This document shows, piece by piece, positions 56,932 through 64,000 of a stretch of DNA of 64,000 nucleotides. The position numbers were made by a program, and so were the translations under genes. The notes under the pieces are model-generated. The model did not search any database. It worked only from the letters and a program-made list of their open reading frames with translations, and was not told the origin of the DNA. Positions within the stretch are counted from its first letter, which is position 1. The number at the start of each line of letters is the position of its first letter. The stretch covers positions 186,001-250,000 of IMG/VR virus record IMGVR_UViG_3300045135_002615; one strand, given 5' to 3'.

Positions 56932-57596
56932 AGGACTTATGGCTCAGGAAAGGGCTAGGTCCACCCTTACCTGAATACCAAAAGTACCTTGATTCACGAG
57001 GAGTCACAGATCAGTGCTCCGTATCTTTCCACTCATGGATGCCACATGATGAAGTTCAATGCCCTAAGTTCAAAGCACACTATGGTGCTCAAGGTGAACG
57101 TATCTCACAACACCTTATCGTCCCCGTCACTTCACCAAGAGGTGAGATACTTGGACTAGAGTGTCGCAAGATCATAGACGGAGAAAAGAAGGTAACCCAA
57201 TACCGAACCGTCAGTTCACAATGGAACCCGTATATACTCGGTGCAGAGAAGGCATTTGAAGCACTATGGTCAGGGGGTGACGTATGGGTCGTTGAGGGTA
57301 TGTTTGATAAAGTAGCCCTTGACAGGATCTTACCCAAGACAGATGCAGTTATAGCTACTCTTAGAGCGGGTATGGATGCGATCACCTTAGAGATGCTCAC
57401 TCAGTTCTATACACCTGCTTCTACTATCTATGTCTGTTATGACAATGATGAGACAGGTAGGAAGAAGGCTAAGTGGTTGCATAAGTCGTTTATTGACAGA
57501 GGTGTGAGGGCTGTCGTGTGGTCATATAGAGGTAAAGACCCTAATGATGTATGGACACATGGTGGAGACAAACAACTAATGAGAATGTTCCTATAG
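56928..57596 (+). CDS. DnaG-like TOPRIM primase (no Zn finger)
   Basis: YL.SRG, VVEGMFD, YDND.TG, KDPND. Confidence 0.85.
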   Translation: MKDLWLRKGLGPPLPEYQKYLDSRGVTDQCSVSFHSWMPHDEVQCPKFKAHYGAQGERISQHLIVPVTSPRGEILGLECRKIIDGEKKVTQYRTVSSQWNPYILGAEKAFEALWSGGDVWVVEGMFDKVALDRILPKTDAVIATLRAGMDAITLEMLTQFYTPASTIYVCYDNDETGRKKAKWLHKSFIDRGVRAVVWSYRGKDPNDVWTHGGDKQLMRMFL

Positions 57597-57605
57597 GAGG
57601 GCATC

Positions 57606-58613
57606 ATGATCGCTGAATATATATGGGTAGATGGTAGTGAACCTACGGCTCGTTTGAGATCAAAGACCAAGATTTTTCACGAGGAGGTCGAAGAGTGGCC
57701 TCTGTGGTCTTTTGATGGTTCTTCCACTAACCAAGCCACAGGAGATCGTTCGGATTGTATCCTTCAACCCGCCGCGATCATTAATGACCCTCTCAGGGGA
57801 GGAGACAATGTCCTCATTCTCTGTGAGGTGTTTAATGCCGATGGGACACCCCACCCAACCAACAACAGAGCTAGGCTTCGTGAAGCCCTTAAAGGGCATG
57901 AGGACTTAGACGCATGGGTGGGCTTTGAGCAAGAGTATACTTTGTTCTCAGGTTCTCGCCCATTAGGGTTTCCTTCTGAACGTAGGTTCCCACCTGCTCA
58001 AGGTCCTTATTACTGTGGTGTGGGGTCAGATGAGGTAGCAGGTAGGGCTCTAGTAGAGAAGCACCTTGATATGTGTCTAAAGGCAAAGATACCTCTTACG
58101 GGTATTAATGCTGAGGTCATGCCTGGTCAATGGGAGTACCAAGTGGGTGGTCCCAATGTAGACCCTCTAGCAGGTTCTGACTTTGTGTGGTTGTCTAGGT
58201 GGTTGCTTTACCGCTTAGGTGAACACTATGAGTTAACCGCGACCCTCGATCCTAAGCCTGTGCCAGGTGATTGGAATGGTGCGGGTATGCACACAAACTT
58301 CTCAACTAGGGCGATGCGTGAAGAGGGTGGTATTGAGGAGATATACAAGGCGGTGGAAACCATTGGCACTCACATCAAGAACCACTTGGATCGCTATGGT
58401 AATGGGATTGAGTCTCGTCTAACAGGCTTGCATGAGACATGTAGATATGACGTATTCAAGTACGGGGTTTCAGACCGTACAGCTTCTATCCGCATCCCTC
58501 TTGAGACTGTCAGGAATGGTTGTGGTTACTTTGAGGATCGCAGACCTAATGCGAATGCTGATCCTTATCTTGTCAGTGAGGCACTTATCCGTAGCATCAC
58601 GGGGACGTGGTAA
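57606..58613 (+). CDS. glnII: Glutamine synthetase type II
   Basis: AEYIWVDG, FDGSST.QA, GFEQEY, NAEVMPGQWE, DWNGAG.HTNFS, RLTGLHET, EDRRP. Confidence 0.95.
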   Translation: MIAEYIWVDGSEPTARLRSKTKIFHEEVEEWPLWSFDGSSTNQATGDRSDCILQPAAIINDPLRGGDNVLILCEVFNADGTPHPTNNRARLREALKGHEDLDAWVGFEQEYTLFSGSRPLGFPSERRFPPAQGPYYCGVGSDEVAGRALVEKHLDMCLKAKIPLTGINAEVMPGQWEYQVGGPNVDPLAGSDFVWLSRWLLYRLGEHYELTATLDPKPVPGDWNGAGMHTNFSTRAMREEGGIEEIYKAVETIGTHIKNHLDRYGNGIESRLTGLHETCRYDVFKYGVSDRTASIRIPLETVRNGCGYFEDRRPNANADPYLVSEALIRSITGTW

Positions 58614-59199
58614 GTCGGTATTGTTTTAAATCCTCAATGGAAAAGTGAGGGTTCAACATAGAGAACTTATGGAAGGCAGACTTCTCCCCACGTCTAAGGA
58701 CGCCCGAAGCCTTCACTAGATCATCTCGATAGCTCTTTGCCTCATTGAGTGCCTCTAGGGGTGCTAACCCCGCAATAGTGAATACACCCTCCCCTTCGTG
58801 AACCACTACAATCTGACCTTCAGAGATGTAGCACGAAGGGGAGGGTTTTTTCATGAGAGGGAAGTCGGGTGCGTTTACAGTCTTCACACCTACTCTAAAT
58901 CCTAGAGGTGACAAGTCAGGTACGTTGTAGTCTTTAGACGCACCTATGCTACGATCAGAGAACCTAACACCTAAATGCTTCTCTACTGCTAACTCCCCTG
59001 CCCATCCAGTCACCCACCTTTTGAGTACCGATTTAGGGTCCTCGATGTAGTGTCCTTCACGCTCTTTAACCTCAGCGAGCTTGATCGCCACCTCTGCGAT
59101 CTCTTTTAGTTCGCTACGTTCTAGAGTAATCTTGGTACACATACTTAGGTGGGGTTCGACAATAGCTTTGTAGCTTGCTTCAATGTCTCCGTATATCAT
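58597..59199 (-). CDS. PD-(D/E)xK-like protein
   Basis: G..GELAV, PDL, VGVKT. Confidence 0.5.
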   Translation of the reverse strand: MIYGDIEASYKAIVEPHLSMCTKITLERSELKEIAEVAIKLAEVKEREGHYIEDPKSVLKRWVTGWAGELAVEKHLGVRFSDRSIGASKDYNVPDLSPLGFRVGVKTVNAPDFPLMKKPSPSCYISEGQIVVVHEGEGVFTIAGLAPLEALNEAKSYRDDLVKASGVLRRGEKSAFHKFSMLNPHFSIEDLKQYRLTTSP

Positions 59200-59260
59200 G
59201 TTACCTCCTCCTTGTTAGATGTTCTATACTAAGTTATATGAGAGAAAGGGTGGTGTCTAC

Positions 59261-59563
59261 ATGGAAGAAGATTTAGACCTCTTTGGCACGATTGAGATGC
59301 TGTTGACATCTTTGTCTTACCACCTTCAGTCTAAAGAAGAAATACTGAAGGTGTGGGTTCACTTGGGTGAGAAGATTGGAGTGCAAGACATCTTCCCCCA
59401 TTCTCAAGTCGTTATCACACAAGACGAAGATGGGAACTATCAACCCGTGATGATGGTCTCTTCTCCAACTAAAGAGCTCGTGGACTATATCACCGACTCT
59501 GAGTTCTTGACTGATGGTGTGGTAGCCATTTGTCTAGATGACATCAAGAAGCTAGGTCACTAA
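59261..59563 (+). CDS. Hypothetical protein
   Basis: First gene of a packed + strand run. Confidence 0.65.
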   Translation: MEEDLDLFGTIEMLLTSLSYHLQSKEEILKVWVHLGEKIGVQDIFPHSQVVITQDEDGNYQPVMMVSSPTKELVDYITDSEFLTDGVVAICLDDIKKLGH

Positions 59564-59982
59564 TGATCTACAGGAGAGACGGCTTGATCTTCATGTCCAT
59601 TAAGGACACCTATACGGGCTATTTGAAAGTAGCTAAGATACTCCCCACTGAGACCTCTTGGGGTGTCTTTGAACCCGCTATAGATGTGATTGAACCTTTG
59701 ATACCTGAAGCCTCCCCAGAGGCACTGGATCGACTTTTACGAGGAGACCCGACCCCTTTTAGGAATACAAAGGGGTTGAGAGAGCCTCAAGGGTGTCTCA
59801 AGCTAATAGACACTGATCGCTATTGTGATGAGCAAGACACCTGTCTCTCTTACAACAAAACCTATTGCACTTTAGGACATCGTAAGATGCCTGATTGCTT
59901 CTCACCTGTTGCAGGTGATCAAATCCGCCCTCTTATCCTTGCTTGGAAAGAGGGTTTTTTCATTGTCAGGGAAAGGACATGA
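59563..59982 (+). CDS. Cys-containing hypothetical protein
   Basis: TAATG coupling with the upstream gene. Confidence 0.65.
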   Translation: MIYRRDGLIFMSIKDTYTGYLKVAKILPTETSWGVFEPAIDVIEPLIPEASPEALDRLLRGDPTPFRNTKGLREPQGCLKLIDTDRYCDEQDTCLSYNKTYCTLGHRKMPDCFSPVAGDQIRPLILAWKEGFFIVRERT

Positions 59983-60638
59983 ACATGTTTAAGAGTGCTT
60001 CAAAGACCCCTCGTACCATGCGTAGAATTTATGAGGAGGTAGACTCTCCTATGGGTGGTCCAGCTAATGAGAATGCGGACTACTTTGGTGAGATCACTGT
60101 CAGTGATAACCACATCTACCTCTATCGAGGGATCACACCTAAGTCTGTTATGGAGATGGGGATTGCCATCAAAACCATTAGTCAACAGATCGTCAACATG
60201 GTGACTGACCTTGACCTACCTTCAGCTCCACCTATCCATCTCCATATCAACTCAGGAGGTGGGTGTGCTTTCAGTGGACTTGCGGGTGCAAGTCATATTT
60301 TAGGTTCAGACATCCCTGTGTTCACTTATGTTGAGGGTTCTGCTGCATCAGCGGCGACCATTATGTCTTGTGTTGGAGCAAAGCGTTTCATCACCGAGCA
60401 TAGCTTTATGTTGATCCATCAGATCAGCACTGGTGTGTGGGGTACATATGAGAACCTGAAGGACGAGAAGGAGTCTATGGATGCACTCATGGCTCAACTT
60501 GAGGGGATCTACTTGAAGAACACGAAACTCAAGAAGAAGGACCTGAAAGAGCTGTTGAAGCGTGACCTATGGCTCAATGCAGATCAATGTTTAGAGAAGG
60601 GTCTGGTAGACGAGGTCATCAAGTACGAGAGGGTTTAA
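59979..60638 (+). CDS. clpP: ClpP-like protease
   Basis: INSGGG, AASAAT, MLIHQ, RDLWLNA...GLVD. Confidence 0.85.
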   Translation: MNMFKSASKTPRTMRRIYEEVDSPMGGPANENADYFGEITVSDNHIYLYRGITPKSVMEMGIAIKTISQQIVNMVTDLDLPSAPPIHLHINSGGGCAFSGLAGASHILGSDIPVFTYVEGSAASAATIMSCVGAKRFITEHSFMLIHQISTGVWGTYENLKDEKESMDALMAQLEGIYLKNTKLKKKDLKELLKRDLWLNADQCLEKGLVDEVIKYERV

Positions 60639-61177
60639 AGAGGACACGCCTCATGTGAGGGGTCTTTCTCACCTGCGTAATAGACGGTGACCACATTAAC
60701 CATAGACCCTTCAACTTCAAATACCACAATCAAGTCACCGAGTGCTTCTGCTCTCCACTTGAGTCTTTGTCCCATAAAGATACGCTCTTTGATCTGCTCG
60801 ATGACCCTTGATCTCTTGTTGTAGTTCTGTCGAAGGTATCTACCAAACAGGTTGAAGTAAGTCTTTAGGTCACCTATAGTCACACCTCTCTGATCCATAC
60901 GGAACTGAGCGTGTGTGGTGATCTTCATCCTCTTGAATGTCTTATCCCCAACTCGTTCAAACTCTAGGTCATAGATATTATGAGTGTACGAGTCAGGGAT
61001 GGCTTGTCCTTCTTGAACGATTCTCACAAGTTGCCTCTTTAGTTTAGGGTTTCGGATATTATCCTCGATCCTCCTCTTAGTGTGGCATACTCCGCCTGGG
61101 TATCCGAGTGGAGGGTTCAAGTCCGAGATACGCTCAAGTCGAGCGACCCTCATGATTAGTCGGTCTATCTTGTTCAT
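60635..61177 (-). CDS. Tagged protein with DUF4258/RelE-like putative RNase domain
   Basis: MNKIDRLIMRVARLER; TTHAQFRMDQRG...VVF...VVTVY. Confidence 0.6.
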   Translation of the reverse strand: MNKIDRLIMRVARLERISDLNPPLGYPGGVCHTKRRIEDNIRNPKLKRQLVRIVQEGQAIPDSYTHNIYDLEFERVGDKTFKRMKITTHAQFRMDQRGVTIGDLKTYFNLFGRYLRQNYNKRSRVIEQIKERIFMGQRLKWRAEALGDLIVVFEVEGSMVNVVTVYYAGEKDPSHEACPL

Positions 61178-61229
61178 TTTTTAGCTCCTTTATGTACTTA
61201 ATGTGATGAATTCATAAAGGAGCTATGAC

Positions 61230-62930
61230 ATGGACCCTATCGACCGACTAATCTCAAGCCTCAACAAGAAGGTTATCCGTAAACTCGCCGCTGAAGACCT
61301 CCCTACCTTTGAGGAAGCGATCAAGGGAAAGACCTTCAAGAACCCTAATACGGGTAATGACGTTCAGTTTGGATCACTCCCTGCCGAAGAGCAGAAGAAG
61401 ATCCGTGCTGAATATGACAAGAAGGTGGAGGAGCTTGAAGGAGAGGGTAAGGGTAAGGGAGAGAAGAAGCCTCTCAAAAAGATGACCAAGGTTCAATTGC
61501 TTGATCAGCTTGAAGGGGATAAGGACTTCTCAGGGGTTGATCTCACTAAGTTTAAAGACTTTGATTGGTCAAGTGTGGATTTGAGGGGTGCTAACTTCTC
61601 AGGTTCAGACCTGACAGGTGCGTACTTTGGTGTTGGTTCTAGACTCGAAGGAGCGAACTTTGAGGGTGCTAATCTTTCAGGTGTCGAGTTCAGAGGGAAA
61701 AAGGGTTATGGCGTGAGCCCGTACAGCGATACTCCAGATACTGTCCATAAAAACGTCAACTTCAAGGGTGCTAATCTTGAAGGTGCGGAGATGTCTTTTC
61801 TTCGTTTTGAAAATTCAGATTTAAGCGGTGCTAATCTAAAGGGTGCTGAGCTTGACGCGGTGATGATAGATAGAAAATGCACCGTAAGAGGTGCTGACTT
61901 TGAGGGTGCAACCTTTCATGCCTCCCAATTCAATGGCGTCAATCTGAAGGGTGTGAACTTTGCGGGAGCAACCATAAAGTCTGGGGGTGGATATAATAAC
62001 AGTAGAAGAACCTTCGACAGAGCGAACATCTCAGGTGCAGACTTCTCAGGTGCAAACTTCGCCTTCGGTGACGCTTTTAGGTTTGGTGGTAACTTTGGGA
62101 AACCCGCCAAAATAAATGGAGCTAAGTTTAGATTTGATGTTCTAGAAAGTGTGGGAACTAAAGAATTTAAAGCATTTGGCTTTGATAAAGACAATCCTCC
62201 TGAAGGCTTGTCCGATAAGGTTCTACATAAAATGGTTGGTGGTAGGGAGTACCTAGAGTATAGGGAGGCTGAAGAAGATAAAGCTGAAGAAGCTAAAGCT
62301 AAGGCTGATGCGGAAGCCAAAGCTAAAGCTGATGAGGAAGCCAAAGCCAAAGCTAAAGCTGATGAGGAAGCCAAAGCCAAAGCTAAGGCTGATGAGGAAG
62401 CTAAAGCTAAGGCTGATGCTGAAGCCAAAGCTAAGGCTGATGCTGAAGCCAAAGCTAAGGCTAAAGCTGAAGCCAAAGCTAAGGCTGATGCTGAAGCCAA
62501 GGCTAAGGCTGATGAGGAAGCCAAAGCTAAAGCTAAGGCTGATGAGGAAGCCAAAGCCAAGGCTAAGGCTGATGAGGAAGCCAAAGCTAAAGCTGAGGAA
62601 GAAGAGAAGATCAAAGAGAACTCAAAACGTCTTAAAGACCTTGAGTCTAAGATTAAAGCCGTTAAGAAGAAAGATGATCTCATTGACCTTGTGTCTGAGC
62701 TAGGTAGGATGAAGGGTCAACTCTCAAACGCTAAGTTTAAGGACAAACTAGAGTCTGAGATGAAGGCTGTCGATAAAGCTGTACAAAACGCGAAAGAGAA
62801 CACGTCTTTCACGGGTAGGATTAAGAGCTTCTTCGGTCTAGGTAAAAAGGCAAGGCTCAAGGAAGCCCGACTCTTGCTCAATGGACTTCAGGATGAGATC
62901 GAGCATCTCAAGAGGGACATCAACCGCTGA
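61230..62930 (+). CDS. Pentapeptide-repeat protein with TolA-like Ala/Lys/Glu helix
   Basis: GANF/GANL/GADF repeats; KAKADEEA repeats; RKLAA and KKAR sites. Confidence 0.85.
   Translation: MDPIDRLISSLNKKVIRKLAAEDLPTFEEAIKGKTFKNPNTGNDVQFGSLPAEEQKKIRAEYDKKVEELEGEGKGKGEKKPLKKMTKVQLLDQLEGDKDFSGVDLTKFKDFDWSSVDLRGANFSGSDLTGAYFGVGSRLEGANFEGANLSGVEFRGKKGYGVSPYSDTPDTVHKNVNFKGANLEGAEMSFLRFENSDLSGANLKGAELDAVMIDRKCTVRGADFEGATFHASQFNGVNLKGVNFAGATIKSGGGYNNSRRTFDRANISGADFSGANFAFGDAFRFGGNFGKPAKINGAKFRFDVLESVGTKEFKAFGFDKDNPPEGLSDKVLHKMVGGREYLEYREAEEDKAEEAKAKADAEAKAKADEEAKAKAKADEEAKAKAKADEEAKAKADAEAKAKADAEAKAKAKAEAKAKADAEAKAKADEEAKAKAKADEEAKAKAKADEEAKAKAEEEEKIKENSKRLKDLESKIKAVKKKDDLIDLVSELGRMKGQLSNAKFKDKLESEMKAVDKAVQNAKENTSFTGRIKSFFGLGKKARLKEARLLLNGLQDEIEHLKRDINR
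62280..62600 (+). repeat. AKAKAD(E/A)E low-complexity tandem repeats
   Basis: Repeated GCTAAGGCTGATGAGGAAGCCAAA units. Confidence 0.95.
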
Positions 62931-62996
62931 CAATCCTCCCTCGTTAGTCTTTTAATAGAAGCACCACTCTGAGAGACTAATGAAAGAGGGTGCTCT

Positions 62997-64000
62997 ATGG
63001 CAGACGTTATTAGCAAGAATTATGAGGTCGTTACCACATTCGGTATCTATACCTTTACCGTCACCTCAGATGAGAATGGCTATACCTCTGTAGGTAATAT
63101 CCGTAGGAACGGCTCCGTATGGACAAGCGACTATCCCGCAGAAGTCCATGCCGCCATCCAAGATGCTATCCTAGAGGTAGAGTCCCTTAACGGCTCAAAC
63201 CCTCAGAACTACCTCATCGCGGATAACTTCCTATCCGAGATTGCAGAACTCGGTGCTCAAGCTCAATTCGCAGCCCGCACCAACCTCGGGTTCTCAAATA
63301 TCTCTATCGGTGATCTCTCCGATGTAGAACTCGGAGGTAACCTCGAAGAGAATAAGATACTCAAGGTAGTTAATGGTGTCTTTACTCAAGCCGATCTCCC
63401 CGCAGGTGTTGGTGGAGGCTTCACGCAAGAAGAGATTGAAGACTTCGTAGGGGCTATGCTCACCGATGGTGGTGGGATCACATGGACATACGATGACAAT
63501 AACTCTCAGATCAGTGGTGCGGTTACAATCTCACACCTGTCTGTAGGTGGACTCTCAGATGTGTCTCTCAATAATCCTGTAGATGGTCATGTACTCCGCC
63601 ATAATGGTGCAGGTCAGTTCGTAAACGTACAGCTCTCATATAACGATCTCGCAAACCTTCCCACACTAGGAACCGCATCCTCAAAAAATGCAGGTACCGG
63701 AGCAGATGAAGTCCTCCTATTGACACAGGCAGGTATTCTCCCCGCCCTTGATGGTTCAAACTTGACATCTCTACCCGCCATCACAATCGGTAGCCTCTCA
63801 GATGTGGATCCTAATGGAGTAGTTAATGGGCAGGTGCTTGTCTATGATAACGGCTCTTGGGTACCTGGTAACCCTGGTGTCGTCTATTCAGATGAGCAAG
63901 CTCAAGATGCCATCAATGACATGCTCAACAATAATGGAGCTGTCCATAGTGGTATCAACTTCGTCTATGATGACGTAGCTAACTCCATGACAGCCTCCAT
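62997..64000 (+). CDS. Fibre-like structural protein, 3' end outside window
   Basis: Not in the ORF track; my translation MADVISKNYEV... is open to the edge; ARTNLG, three LSDV repeats, GQVLVYD...W, E.[IA].D...ML. Confidence 0.8.
   Translation, partial: MADVISKNYEVVTTFGIYTFTVTSDENGYTSVGNIRRNGSVWTSDYPAEVHAAIQDAILEVESLNGSNPQNYLIADNFLSEIAELGAQAQFAARTNLGFSNISIGDLSDVELGGNLEENKILKVVNGVFTQADLPAGVGGGFTQEEIEDFVGAMLTDGGGITWTYDDNNSQISGAVTISHLSVGGLSDVSLNNPVDGHVLRHNGAGQFVNVQLSYNDLANLPTLGTASSKNAGTGADEVLLLTQAGILPALDGSNLTSLPAITIGSLSDVDPNGVVNGQVLVYDNGSWVPGNPGVVYSDEQAQDAINDMLNNNGAVHSGINFVYDDVANSMTAS

Noticed and set aside
61916-62703. Ala/Leu/Ser antisense ORF and Lys/Pro/Leu off-frame ORF
   Set aside because: Shadows of the AKAKADEE repeat
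1-64000. Stop-codon reassignment
   Set aside because: Conserved genes are intact in the standard code and end in TAA, TAG and TGA

Overview
This is a 64-kb segment of a large tailed dsDNA phage (probably jumbo-sized) using the standard genetic code. The host is probably Gram-negative, judging from an outer-membrane beta-barrel gene and a lipoprotein. It holds a head module (prohead protease, acidic scaffold with an EF-hand pair, decoration protein, HK97-type major capsid protein) and replication/nucleotide genes (clamp-loader delta/delta'-like, gp32-like SSB, RuvC-like, Mre11-like, TOPRIM primase, intein-containing NrdA, ThyX, Tdk). It also has several amino-methyltransferases (one split over three genes and carrying an intein), a sigma factor, a degenerate GroEL, ClpP, type II glutamine synthetase, an amidase, two transglycosylase-like genes, tRNA-Glu and tRNA-Lys. 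The most striking pattern is a dispersed set of about 20 otherwise unrelated genes. Most sit behind one 13-bp element (ATA-N5-TTTAT, a putative late promoter). Ten carry a portable coiled-coil tag (consensus KIxxLExRIARLE) that resembles the scaffold, and many are punctuated by [KR]-x-A-[SA] sites also dense in the scaffold and protease. Together this suggests a modular 'tag, package and cleave' system for loading effector cargo into the capsid. Other candidates are a modular split methyltransferase, a second promoter class driving secreted mini-proteins and a structured ncRNA, and an origin-like region. All family calls come from motif recognition by eye; no searches were run.
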